A stretch of 64,000 nucleotides of DNA. Source: Candidatus Bathyarchaeia archaeon (GTDB lineage Archaea; Thermoproteota; Bathyarchaeia; 40CM-2-53-6). The stretch is from assembly GCA_049513715.1 (NCBI GenBank), contig JBEKVV010000001.1:1-64000 (forward strand), in the 5' to 3' direction. The position numbers were made by a program, and so were the translations under genes. This document shows positions 38,491 to 48,426 of this stretch, piece after piece. How positions within the stretch are numbered: the first letter of the stretch is position 1; each line of letters opens with the position of its first letter. The notes under the pieces were generated by a model, which had not been told where the DNA came from, did not search any database, and was given only the letters and a program-made list of their open reading frames with translations.

Positions 38491-40179
38491 TTGTCTAAAG
38501 TACAGTCTAGAATGCGTCTGATAGTGGCAGCGATCATAGTAGTCATCGTTGTAGTAGGAGCAGGAACGTACTTCTTCTACTCGACGACTCGACCACCACC
38601 ACCTCCACCGGCTCCTAAGATATTGAAAATGGTGACATCAGCTGATTTCACAACTTGGGATCCGAGCGCGTCATATTCAACGGAGGTCTTCTACATGGCT
38701 AACTTCTACGAACCGTTGCTCTATGCGAATCCTCTGGGGAGTGCTGAGCCGATCAAGCCAGCTCTTGCAACAAGTTGGGATGTGTCAGCTGACAGCAAGA
38801 CATGGACTTTCCATCTGAGGAGTGGCGTAAAGTTCCATGACGGAGAACCCTTCAACGCACAAGCAGTAAAGTACTCATTGAATCGGACCCATACTATGGG
38901 CTTAGGCGCCGCTTACCTCTTGGACGTCGTAGATAGCATCGACGTCTTAGACAATCTAACAGTGAGATTGAACTTGAAATGGGCTGCACCACTTACCCGA
39001 GTGTTGAGCGCTGAAGCTGGAATGTGGATTATGAGCCCGAAGAGCGCTGACAAAGGTAAGGATTGGTTCGAGCAAGGTAACGAAGCAGGGACAGGACCTT
39101 GGAAGCTTGAAAGCTACAAACCGCGCGAAGAAGTTGTTATGACACGATTTGAGGATTACTGGGGCGGATGGCAACCGGGGCAGTTCAACAAGGTAGACAT
39201 CAAGATTTCCACCGAAGAATCCGTTGAACGACAGATGCTCGAAAGCGGTGAAGTGGACATCGCCACAAGGGTACCTCTAGAGAGCATACCCGTACTGAAC
39301 GCAACCGCCAACTTAGTCGTGTATGCCTCACCAAGCTTCTACAACTACGTTGCCTTCCTAAACACAAAGAAACCCCCTCTCGACAACGTATTGGTTAGAC
39401 AAGCGATTTCCTACGCCATGCCCTACGATGACATCATCACCGTAGCGGCGAAAGGTTACGCAACGCAATCCAAAGGACCCGTTCCAAAGGGATTGTACCC
39501 CCACCAAGATACCCTCTTCCAATACACGCATGACTTGAACAAGGCAAAGCAGTTGCTCGCGCAGGCAGGTTACCCGAACGGAATCAATCGCACCGTTGTC
39601 TTGACCTACGCCGCTGAGAACCCGAATGAAGAACTCTTTGCACCCTTAATCAAGTTTGAACTTCAGAAGATCGGCATCAATGTTGAGATCAGGTCTATCC
39701 CGTGGGTTGAGCAGTGGGCTTTGGCAAAGAAGGATCCTGCTAGCGCTCAGGACATATTCCTACTTCTCTGGTGGCCATCCCTTAACGATGGATATGACAA
39801 CTTGTTCTCAATGTTCCACAGCGAGACGAGCCCGTTCTTCAATATGGGTTACTGGTACAACAGCACCTTCGATGATCTGATTGACACCGCGTACGCTACC
39901 GAGGCCTTAGATCCAGTGAAAGCTAATGATATGTACTTCAAAGCCCAAAGTATGCTCGTGGAATCTGCTCCGGCTGCTTACCTCTATGATGCTATGAACT
40001 TGGTTCCGATGAGCAAGTCAATTAAAGGGTTCGTTGACAATGCGTACTACCCGTTCGTAATCTTCCTGTACCCACTTACGCAAGAACAAGCTACAGGCGC
40101 TGCGCCTACACCCACAGCCCTAGCCCCGATTCTCCGGCTTCAGCATCTCATGTCGGAAGTGGCGACTAGGGACGTCTAG
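38491..40179 (+). CDS. dppA: Peptide/nickel ABC transporter substrate-binding protein
   Basis: N-terminal TM, LATSW, FHLRSGVKFHDGEPFNA, GTGPW. Confidence 0.93.
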   Translation: MSKVQSRMRLIVAAIIVVIVVVGAGTYFFYSTTRPPPPPPAPKILKMVTSADFTTWDPSASYSTEVFYMANFYEPLLYANPLGSAEPIKPALATSWDVSADSKTWTFHLRSGVKFHDGEPFNAQAVKYSLNRTHTMGLGAAYLLDVVDSIDVLDNLTVRLNLKWAAPLTRVLSAEAGMWIMSPKSADKGKDWFEQGNEAGTGPWKLESYKPREEVVMTRFEDYWGGWQPGQFNKVDIKISTEESVERQMLESGEVDIATRVPLESIPVLNATANLVVYASPSFYNYVAFLNTKKPPLDNVLVRQAISYAMPYDDIITVAAKGYATQSKGPVPKGLYPHQDTLFQYTHDLNKAKQLLAQAGYPNGINRTVVLTYAAENPNEELFAPLIKFELQKIGINVEIRSIPWVEQWALAKKDPASAQDIFLLLWWPSLNDGYDNLFSMFHSETSPFFNMGYWYNSTFDDLIDTAYATEALDPVKANDMYFKAQSMLVESAPAAYLYDAMNLVPMSKSIKGFVDNAYYPFVIFLYPLTQEQATGAAPTPTALAPILRLQHLMSEVATRDV

Positions 40180-40243
40180 GCCCCTGCTCCTTTGTTGTCA
40201 GGGCTCCCCTCTTTTTTTCCTAGTATCTCCCTGGGGTACCTAG

Positions 40244-41266
40244 TTGAGAAGAAGAGAGTACTTTATCCGCCGTGTCAGTTTGACGGCGCTGGTACTCCTT
40301 GGGTTAACTGTTCTGACGTTCGTTCTTGCTAGGGTTGTCCCCTCCGATCCTGCGGCCTTGTACGTTGGTCCCCGTGCTAGGCCTGAGGAAGTTGAGACTG
40401 CCCGCCGTCTACTCGGGTTGGATAAGCCTCTCTACCAGCAGTACTTCATCTATCTATACGATATCATTCATGGAGATTTCGGCATTTCCATCAGGACGAA
40501 ACGTCCCGTTATTGATGATCTTCGATCTGCGCTTCCTGCCTCCATCGAGCTCATAACGGCGTCGCTGATCATAGCCCTCGTAATCGGACTCCCTCTGGGC
40601 ATCGTCTCCGCGAAACGAAAGGACACCATAGTTGACCACGCTTCACGCTTGGTAACTGTGGCCGGCGTAGCAATTCCACCATTCTGGCTGGGTCTCATGT
40701 TGCAGTTGCTTTTCATACGGGAGCTTGGACTATTGCCAGTAGGGGGCCGGATAGATACAGTCGTAAGCATGACCTACCCAGTTAAGCAGATAACAGGTTT
40801 CTACTTTTTCGATACGCTCATAACAGGGAATTGGCCAGCGTTCGTCAGCAGCCTTCAGCACATCATACTTCCAGCCTTCACTCTGTCCGCATACGCCATC
40901 GGCCTGATCGCCAGAATGACTCGTTCCACTATGCTTGAAGTGCTTGGGGAGAACTACATCAGAACGGCAAAAGCTTGGGGCTTCTCCGACAGAGTCATTA
41001 CATACGTATACGCTCTCAAGAACGCAATAGGACCAACCCTAACGGTAGTCGGGCTTACCTTCGCGTTCCTAATCACAGGAACATTCTACGTCGAAGCCAT
41101 CTTCTACTGGCCAGGCTTGGGGAGTTACGCAGCCTCGGCATTATTGAGCCTAGATTTTCCTGTCATAATGGGAGTCACGCTAATTCTCGGGTCCGCTTAT
41201 GTATTGATCAACCTGATACTTGACCTAATTCAGGTGTACTTGGACCCCCGGGTCGTCCTAGGGTGA
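40244..41266 (+). CDS. dppB: Peptide ABC transporter permease
   Basis: GLDKPL..QY, GDFGIS, YIRTAKAWG, WPGLG. Confidence 0.93.
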   Translation: MRRREYFIRRVSLTALVLLGLTVLTFVLARVVPSDPAALYVGPRARPEEVETARRLLGLDKPLYQQYFIYLYDIIHGDFGISIRTKRPVIDDLRSALPASIELITASLIIALVIGLPLGIVSAKRKDTIVDHASRLVTVAGVAIPPFWLGLMLQLLFIRELGLLPVGGRIDTVVSMTYPVKQITGFYFFDTLITGNWPAFVSSLQHIILPAFTLSAYAIGLIARMTRSTMLEVLGENYIRTAKAWGFSDRVITYVYALKNAIGPTLTVVGLTFAFLITGTFYVEAIFYWPGLGSYAASALLSLDFPVIMGVTLILGSAYVLINLILDLIQVYLDPRVVLG

Positions 41267-41272
41267 GCGGCG

Positions 41273-42187
41273 ATGTCCACTGAGAGCCGTGTTGCCCAGA
41301 AGCGTTCCGAGAGCTTGGCAGCGTCTCTCCTTGAATACCGTTTGAGTTTCCACCTTCTTCGAAAGAACCCGATTTCGTTTCTTGGGCTGGTAATCATAGT
41401 TGTCTTCTTCATCACCGCCATTTTCGCACCTTGGCTGGCACCATACCCCGAGCAAGGCCTAGGTGCACCGAATCTAGAAACGCGCTTGGCTCCGCCAAGT
41501 CTCGAGCATCTCTTCGGTACAGATAGCCTTGGACGGGACATCGTGAGCAGAGTAATCATGGGCTCGAGAATTTCGCTGACGGTGTCCATGATCGTTGTCG
41601 CTCTTGCAATCAGCGTAGGGACTCCCCTTGGAGCAGTAGCCGGATACATCGGAGGCATGTGGGACGAGATTATCATGAGAATAACCGACCTCTTTCTTGC
41701 GTTTCCGTCCTTGCTGCTTGCAATGGCGATAGCTGCTGCGCTTGGTCCCAGTTTAGCGAACTCCATGGTGGCTCTGGCACTGTCTTGGTGGCCGTGGTAC
41801 ACCAGGCTTGTAAGATCCCAAGGCGCATCGCTAAGAGAGCGCCCATTCGTAGAAGCAGCGCGAGCAATGGGAGTTCCCGACAAGAACATAATAGCACGTC
41901 ACATATTGCCTAACAGCCTGGCACCCGTCATAGTCCAAGCCACGGTTGACATAGGCACGGTGGTCCTCGCAACTGCCGCCTTGAGTTTCATCGGTCTGGG
42001 TGCTCAGCCACCTGCCCCTGAATGGGGACTCATGGTAAGCTCGGGACGGTCATACATATTCGAGCAGTGGTGGATCTCAGCTTTCCCCGGTCTCGCAATT
42101 TTCGCCACCTCACTGGCCTTCAACCTGGTGGGAGACGGATTGAGAGAGGCGCTGGATCCGAAGGTAAGAAGAAGCAGAAGGGCTTAG
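41273..42187 (+). CDS. dppC: Peptide ABC transporter permease
   Basis: HLFGTDSLGRD, FVEAARAMG, HILPN, PEWG. Confidence 0.93.
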   Translation: MSTESRVAQKRSESLAASLLEYRLSFHLLRKNPISFLGLVIIVVFFITAIFAPWLAPYPEQGLGAPNLETRLAPPSLEHLFGTDSLGRDIVSRVIMGSRISLTVSMIVVALAISVGTPLGAVAGYIGGMWDEIIMRITDLFLAFPSLLLAMAIAAALGPSLANSMVALALSWWPWYTRLVRSQGASLRERPFVEAARAMGVPDKNIIARHILPNSLAPVIVQATVDIGTVVLATAALSFIGLGAQPPAPEWGLMVSSGRSYIFEQWWISAFPGLAIFATSLAFNLVGDGLREALDPKVRRSRRA

Positions 42188-42194
42188 TTGTCTA

Positions 42195-43166
42195 ATGATG
42201 GAAGAAGGTCTATTATCGGTCCGGAATCTCAAAGTTCACTTCGCAACATACGATGGTGTCGTGCAAGCTCTTGATGATGTGAGCTTTCAGATCGAGCGCG
42301 AGCAAATCTTCGGCCTCGTGGGTGAAACGGGTTGCGGCAAGACGGTTACGTCCCTCGCAATCCTTCGACTGTTGCCCGACAACGCCAAGATCCTGAACGG
42401 AGAAATCATCCTGAAAGGAGAAGATCTTCTCAAGAAAACGGAGAATGAATTTCGCAAACTGAGAGGCGGCAATATCTCCATGATTTTCCAAGATCCAGCC
42501 TCCTCCCTCAACCCGGTCTTCACGATAGAACGCCAGCTCCTTCGGGTCATCCAAGAACACAGTCCAACAAGCTATGCTGAGGCAAAGCAGCGTGTCGTGA
42601 AATTACTGGAAGAAGTTGGGTTGCCGGAACCGCACCGAGTCCTCAAACTGTACCCGCACGAACTAAGTGGCGGTATGCAACAACGTGTAATGCTTGCAGC
42701 GGCTTTGTCGTCTGAGCCAGACCTGTTAATTGCGGATGAGCCGACCAGCGCGATCGATGTGACGATCCAAGCTCAGATCTTGGAGCTCCTGAAGCGACTG
42801 AAGAAGGAGAAGGGGCTTGCAGTCCTTCTCATAACTCACAACATGGGCGTAGTTGCCGAAAGCTGCGACAAGGTCGGAGTCATGTACGCGGGCAACATCG
42901 TTGAAACAGGCTCCCTCAGAGATGTCTTGAAGAGCCCTCGCCACCCCTATGTGAGAGCCCTGCTCGCCGCAATACCCAGCCCTTTGTTGCTGGGCAAAAC
43001 GCTTCCGGAGATTAAGGGAGTCGTTCCGAGCCTCCTGAATCCGCCATCAGGTTGCAGATTTCATCCCAGGTGCCCCTATGCTACTAGCATTTGCACAGAG
43101 GCAATTCCTTCTCCCGAGATCCTAACAGGAATGCATCAGGTTTCGTGCTATCATCCACAAGATTAG
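42195..43166 (+). CDS. dppD: Peptide ABC transporter ATPase
   Basis: [29 protein letters not shown]. Confidence 0.93.
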   Translation: MMEEGLLSVRNLKVHFATYDGVVQALDDVSFQIEREQIFGLVGETGCGKTVTSLAILRLLPDNAKILNGEIILKGEDLLKKTENEFRKLRGGNISMIFQDPASSLNPVFTIERQLLRVIQEHSPTSYAEAKQRVVKLLEEVGLPEPHRVLKLYPHELSGGMQQRVMLAAALSSEPDLLIADEPTSAIDVTIQAQILELLKRLKKEKGLAVLLITHNMGVVAESCDKVGVMYAGNIVETGSLRDVLKSPRHPYVRALLAAIPSPLLLGKTLPEIKGVVPSLLNPPSGCRFHPRCPYATSICTEAIPSPEILTGMHQVSCYHPQD

Positions 43167-43177
43167 GTGCAATATTC

Positions 43178-44170
43178 TTGAAAGAGCATATTCTACAGGT
43201 CAGGCATCTCAAGAAATACTTCCCAATCAAAGCTGGTTTTTGGAAGACGGTCGGACACGTCAAGGCTGTGGACGAGGTGGATTTGGAGATTTCGAAAGGA
43301 GAGATCTTCGGCCTCGTAGGTGAATCAGGCTGCGGAAAGACGACTTTGGGAAGATGCATTTTGAGGCTCATAGAGCCAACCAGCGGAGAGGTCCTGTTCG
43401 ACGGTATCGACCTGCTCAAGGTCAAACGCGGCGAGTTGAACAAGATAAGGAAGAACATGCAGATTGTCTTCCAGAACCCATTCCTCTCGCTCGACCCAAG
43501 GATGAGGATGAGAGACATCGTTGCTGAGCCCCTGAGGACCCATATGAGTCTGAGCAACTCAGCTATGTTCGAACGGGTATTACAGCTTCTCAGGATAGTT
43601 GGACTTGAAGAGGAGCACATGTGGAAATATCCGCACGAACTGAGCGGCGGACAAAACCAGCGAGTGGCCGTCGCAAGAGCCCTCGCGCTCGATCCAAAGT
43701 TCGTCGTACTTGACGAACCGACATCAGCGTTAGATGTTTCAGTGCAAGCTCAAATTCTGAACTTGCTTATGGATCTCAGGAAGAAGCTTGGTCTTTCATA
43801 CCTATTCATATCCCACGACCTCAGCGTCGTGCAACATGTCAGTGACCGCCTCGCTGTTATGTACTTGGGCAAGGTTGTTGAGATAGCTGATTCCGACGAC
43901 ATCTGGAAAAATCCACTTCACCCGTATACGTCTGCCTTGTTTTCTGCGGCCCCAATACCCGACCCTGATCTTGCGCGCCAGCGCGAGCCACTCAAGGGAG
44001 AAGTGCCTGGCCTGATAAATCTGCCAACGGGCTGCCGATTTAGAACACGCTGCGTGTATGCGTTCGACAAGTGTGAGCGAGAGGAACCTGCACTGAGAGA
44101 ACAGTCGCCAACCCGGTCATGTGCCTGTCACATAGTGTCAAACGGGGAACGTCGCCCAGAAGTCATGTAA
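43178..44170 (+). CDS. dppF: Peptide ABC transporter ATPase
   Basis: GESGCGKT, ELSGGQNQR, DEPTSALDVSVQ; TTG start at 43178. Confidence 0.93.
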   Translation: MKEHILQVRHLKKYFPIKAGFWKTVGHVKAVDEVDLEISKGEIFGLVGESGCGKTTLGRCILRLIEPTSGEVLFDGIDLLKVKRGELNKIRKNMQIVFQNPFLSLDPRMRMRDIVAEPLRTHMSLSNSAMFERVLQLLRIVGLEEEHMWKYPHELSGGQNQRVAVARALALDPKFVVLDEPTSALDVSVQAQILNLLMDLRKKLGLSYLFISHDLSVVQHVSDRLAVMYLGKVVEIADSDDIWKNPLHPYTSALFSAAPIPDPDLARQREPLKGEVPGLINLPTGCRFRTRCVYAFDKCEREEPALREQSPTRSCACHIVSNGERRPEVM

Positions 44171-44261
44171 AGAGATTCTTAGAACTTGCCAACGCGAAGC
44201 GATTGTAGAGACGAACGTTCGAAACTTATCCAACCTATGTAATTCCCGGTGGAGATATCTG

Positions 44262-45527
44262 ATGTTCCATGACGAGTTGAAGAAAAAAGTAATCCGAAAG
44301 ATCGAGGAGGACAGAGAGAACGTTGTCGAATTCGCAAGGAAATTAGTTCGGAGTCCAACCACGTTTGGTTTGGAAAAAGACGCTCAGGAAATTGTGGCTA
44401 AGAAACTACGAGAGTCAGGACTGACTGTCGACGTCTGGGAGCCGCGAATTGAAGAACTGCAAAAGAGTCCAGGCTTCATCAAGACCTCCGGTGACTACAG
44501 GAACAGGCCTAATGTCGTGGGCCGAATAACAGGCGATGGAAAGGGAAGATCCCTGATTTTGAACGGCCACATAGACGTCGTGAGCGCTGAGCCTACATCG
44601 GCTTGGAAGTTTGACCCATGGGGCGGTCTCGTACAGAATGGACGCCTTTACGGGAGGGGATCATGTGACATGAAAGGGGGGTTAGCCGCGATGATTTCTG
44701 CAGCGTCAGCAATTAGTGAACTTGAGCTTTCATTACGAGGAGATGTTCTAGTTGAGAGCGTAATCGAGGAGGAAATTGGAGGTCCAGGAGGAACTTTGGC
44801 CACCATAATCAGAGGATACAGAGCAGATGCCGCGATAGTGGGCGAACCGCCGAAGAGCATTTGCATCGAAAGCGCCGGAGTATGTTGGTTCAGGGTGCGA
44901 GTTATCGGGAAAACGCAGCACGCAGGTTTTTCTCATCTCGGAGTCAACGCGATAGGTAAAGCGATGAAGATCTATCAAGGGCTGCTCGACTTGGATTCCT
45001 ACCGCGCTGAGTCAAAACACTATCCGCTAACTGAAAAACACTGGGGACGATCTTGCAACATAAACATCGGGACGATTCGAGGTGGAGATTGGCCTTCAAC
45101 AGTCGCGGGGTGGGCTGAACTAGAATGCAGGATAGGCTGGCAACCTATTGAGACTATGACCCAAGTGAAATCTGAAGTCGAAGAAACTATTCGAAAAGTG
45201 GCCGAATTAGATCCGTGGATGAGAGATCATCCGCCTGTTGTAGAGTGGTTCGGATGGAGTGCAGAAGCATCCGAGACGGATTCGAACTCGCCCATAATAC
45301 AAGTGCTGAGAAAGAATGCCCGCGACATAATGGGCGTTGCGCCAGAAATCATCGGATCGACAGCCGCAGATGATACGCGCTGGTTTGTCCTATGCGCCAA
45401 TATCCCTGCTGTGAGTTTTGGACCTGACGGAGACAACATTCACGGAATCGATGAATACGTGCTGGTGGACGACCTTGTCGCTACAGCAAAAATCTATGCC
45501 CTGACAATTTTGGATTGGTGTGGATAG
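44262..45527 (+). CDS. M20 ArgE/DapE-family deacylase
   Basis: LNGHIDVV, GRGSCDMKGG, EEE, GEP, HGIDEY. Confidence 0.93.
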   Translation: MFHDELKKKVIRKIEEDRENVVEFARKLVRSPTTFGLEKDAQEIVAKKLRESGLTVDVWEPRIEELQKSPGFIKTSGDYRNRPNVVGRITGDGKGRSLILNGHIDVVSAEPTSAWKFDPWGGLVQNGRLYGRGSCDMKGGLAAMISAASAISELELSLRGDVLVESVIEEEIGGPGGTLATIIRGYRADAAIVGEPPKSICIESAGVCWFRVRVIGKTQHAGFSHLGVNAIGKAMKIYQGLLDLDSYRAESKHYPLTEKHWGRSCNINIGTIRGGDWPSTVAGWAELECRIGWQPIETMTQVKSEVEETIRKVAELDPWMRDHPPVVEWFGWSAEASETDSNSPIIQVLRKNARDIMGVAPEIIGSTAADDTRWFVLCANIPAVSFGPDGDNIHGIDEYVLVDDLVATAKIYALTILDWCG

Positions 45528-45560
45528 ACCTGCTGCTGAGAGCTCTGAAGCAACGGAGTA

Positions 45561-46601
45561 TTGCTTGACAGAAAGGGCGTTGGGATGATGCGGCAAAAGA
45601 CTATTGCTGCCGTGATGTTGGCATGTGTACTTACGGTATCTATTGTCTACTTGGTCATTCCATCGACAAGGCCGACCAGTCGATGCCCGATTCAACCAGA
45701 CACGAGGATCGTTATTTATGGAGGTACAAATTCTGGTCAGGCTTGGCCACTTGGAGGTGTCAGCGTGGTGACTTACGGGTGGATCAAGCACTTCTTTGAT
45801 TGGTGGGAATCGTATGACCCAGCGGTGAAATTCGTCTTCTTGAACAGCACCAATCTGAATTCCGACTGCCGCTTGTCAGATTACCCGAATGTGAGGCTAT
45901 ACGTTCAACCTGGCGGTGATGCGTATTACCAACAACTGTCGTTGGGAGTCACTGGGAAATCGAACATCCTTGACTTCCTCGATAAAGATGGAGCATATTT
46001 GGGCATTTGCGCTGGGTGGTACTATGCCGCCAAGGACTACTTCTGGGCGGGCGCCTTCTACAATTGGCCCAACTTATTGGGTAAATTCCCGACCGTTGAG
46101 GGGTCGATAAGTGAGATAGCTGAGTACCCCGATTACAACATGACTCGTATGAGTAATGGGCTCGAAATGATCTACTATGGCGGACCGACACGTGGCTGGA
46201 GACAAACGCCTCATGATGTGCCCGGTACAGTATTAATGACATTTGCAAGCATTCCCGGCAATTTACCTGCTGCTGTGAAGAGCGAGAAGATGCTGCTGAT
46301 TAGCGCTCACCCTGAAGCATACGAGGACTATGGCATCAAGGGATTGACGACAGAACAGAGGATCGCAAACTACGGATGGCTGGCAAGTGCAGTCAACGAT
46401 GTGAGTGGAATGCATTTCCGCGTGCCGCAGTCAACGCTAAGCGGCACACTTGGAAGCTTTGAGCAGGGGTACGGCCCGACACCAAATGTGAGCGATGGAG
46501 AAGGCTTCAAAGGACTAACCCCCAGATTTCCGACGGTGTGGCTAGTCGCAGCCGCATGCCACCTAGTGATACGTCCGCAACCGCGGAAGCAAGTAGCATG
46601 A
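45561..46601 (+). CDS. Exported BPL-N/class I glutamine amidotransferase-like protein
   Basis: N-terminal TM, VQPGG, YLGICAG.Y, YYGG, HPE. Confidence 0.8.
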   Translation: MLDRKGVGMMRQKTIAAVMLACVLTVSIVYLVIPSTRPTSRCPIQPDTRIVIYGGTNSGQAWPLGGVSVVTYGWIKHFFDWWESYDPAVKFVFLNSTNLNSDCRLSDYPNVRLYVQPGGDAYYQQLSLGVTGKSNILDFLDKDGAYLGICAGWYYAAKDYFWAGAFYNWPNLLGKFPTVEGSISEIAEYPDYNMTRMSNGLEMIYYGGPTRGWRQTPHDVPGTVLMTFASIPGNLPAAVKSEKMLLISAHPEAYEDYGIKGLTTEQRIANYGWLASAVNDVSGMHFRVPQSTLSGTLGSFEQGYGPTPNVSDGEGFKGLTPRFPTVWLVAAACHLVIRPQPRKQVA

Positions 46602-46796
46602 TTGGTCCGATGGATCGCTGACGTTTCCGTGATTCACGCATTTGAATCAGGCCTGTGCCCAAAAAACCGTTTCTTCTCACTCTTGAGAGAGCGTTTCAAT
46701 TTGGGTGTCTTGTACAAGGGGAAGCTGCTGAAATGGGACGCCCTCATCGAACAGAAGGCGGGCGAACTTGCGAGGTATATGCTTCGGTTCGACTAG
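46602..46796 (+). pseudogene. cas1: C-terminal fragment of a Cas1-solo/casposase-type endonuclease
   Basis: RWIADVSVIHAFESG and LLRERFN.GV.YKG..LKWD..IEQK..ELARY recall the casposase C-terminal helices; no N-terminus, apparent internal deletion. Confidence 0.6.
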
Positions 46797-47036
46797 AATC
46801 GACTGAAAACATTGTTCCGCAAGCCATAGAGCTTCGCGTCCGTGGCCCCCACCAATATCCGCAACTAAACTTGTTTCCTCAGGATCATTTTCCTGAGCGA
46901 TCTTTCTTGCCACTTCACTTGGTTCCCAACCAACCCTCTTCAACCAGAACTTGGCTCCATCTTCCTCCAAGCCGCGAACGTAAACCAATTTCATGTAATT
47001 CACATTAACCAAGAACCAGCGATGATAGAATTGCAT
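46790..47036 (-). pseudogene. Truncated class I SAM methyltransferase
   Basis: VADIGGGHGREALWLA motif I, then runs into the Cas1 fragment. Confidence 0.55.
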
Positions 47037-47146
47037 GGCGCGTGGCCGTACGTGCTGTCATGTTATCTGTTCATGCTCCTTACGCAAGCAATTCTGATAG
47101 GATATTTAGCTGGCCTATTTGTGCTACGCACGGCCACATTATCAGC

Positions 47147-48340
47147 TCAGACTACCCCTTCATTTCTCAGCTCGGCAATCCGCCTCTTGTCGTAGCCTAG
47201 CAGCTTGCCTAAGACTTCATTCGAATGCTCCCCTAAGGTTGGAGGAGGAGATCTAACCTCCGGATTTGTGTCTGAAAACATCATAGGTATTCCGATCTGG
47301 GTGATCTCTCCCGCAGTAGGATGTTGAATGTGAAGTAGCATTTTTCGCTGTAAGATTTGTGGATCGGAGAAGACCTCTTGCTGGGAGTAGACTGGTCCAG
47401 CAGGCACTCCCTCCTTTGTAAGGATGAGCAACCACTCATCTCTGGGTTTCTGTTTGAACACTTCTTCCAAAATGGGGACTAATTGATCTCTGTTGATGAC
47501 TCGACTTGGATTCGTAGAGAAGTGGTGATCATCTGCGAGTGATTCTCTGCTAATTGCCTTGCAGAAATTTCGGAAGAGTTTGTCGTTTCCAACCGCTAGG
47601 GCAATGAACTGTCCGTCCGAAGCTTCGAAGCACTGGTATGGTACTATGGTTGGATGCGCGGAGCCCATTCTTTCGGGATTTCTCCCGGAAGCGAAAAAGT
47701 TCGCTGCCATATAGGTCATCCACGAGACGGTGCCGTCCAACAACGAAATGTCGATCCATTGTCCTTTATTCGTGCGTGCGCGAGCTGTAAGAGCAGCCAA
47801 GATGGCTATTGCGGCGTACATGCCTGCACCAATATCAGACAACGCGACGCCGATTCGAACGGGCGGTCTGCCGGTCTCTCCTGTGATCCCCATCAGGCCA
47901 CCCATTGCTTGCAGAACAAGATCGTAAGCTAGTCTATCTCTATATGGCCCTGTTTGTCCGTAGCTCGATATGGAGCAGTAGATCAGTCTGGGGTTCTTTT
48001 TGGCCAGCGTCGGGTAATCAACTTGCAGCCTTGTGGTTACTCCCGGCCTGAAGTTCTCAAGGAGAACGTTAGACTTCTCGGCTAAGGCATAGAGTATCTC
48101 TCTACCTTTGTCTTTGCTTAGATCTAGAGTGACGCTCTTCTTATTGCGATTGATTGAGAGAAAGTACGCGCTCTCTCCGTGGATGAAAGGTGGACCCCAC
48201 TGGCGGGTGTCGTCTCCGGTCTTCGGAATTTCGATCTTGATGACTTCCGCCCCTAGGTCTCCGAGGAGCATTGAGCAGAAAGGGCCGGTGAGAACCCTCG
48301 AAAGGTCTAGTACGCGGATGCCATCCAATGGTCCAGCCAT
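47147..48340 (-). CDS. CaiB/BaiF (family III) CoA-transferase
   Basis: PLDGIRVLDLSRVLTGP, NRNKKS, ENFRPG, PPTLGEH. Confidence 0.96.
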   Translation of the reverse strand: MAGPLDGIRVLDLSRVLTGPFCSMLLGDLGAEVIKIEIPKTGDDTRQWGPPFIHGESAYFLSINRNKKSVTLDLSKDKGREILYALAEKSNVLLENFRPGVTTRLQVDYPTLAKKNPRLIYCSISSYGQTGPYRDRLAYDLVLQAMGGLMGITGETGRPPVRIGVALSDIGAGMYAAIAILAALTARARTNKGQWIDISLLDGTVSWMTYMAANFFASGRNPERMGSAHPTIVPYQCFEASDGQFIALAVGNDKLFRNFCKAISRESLADDHHFSTNPSRVINRDQLVPILEEVFKQKPRDEWLLILTKEGVPAGPVYSQQEVFSDPQILQRKMLLHIQHPTAGEITQIGIPMMFSDTNPEVRSPPPTLGEHSNEVLGKLLGYDKRRIAELRNEGVV

Positions 48341-48426
48341 TCAAATCACAGTCATCATTTTGAACACGACGAAGATGGCTTTGGATCCGTATCCGAGGTC
48401 CAGATGACTGACTTGCTTGGTGTGAA

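Noticed and set aside
46400..47100. CRISPR array near the Cas1 fragment
   Set aside because: No regularly spaced 24-40-bp repeats seen here or elsewhere in the window
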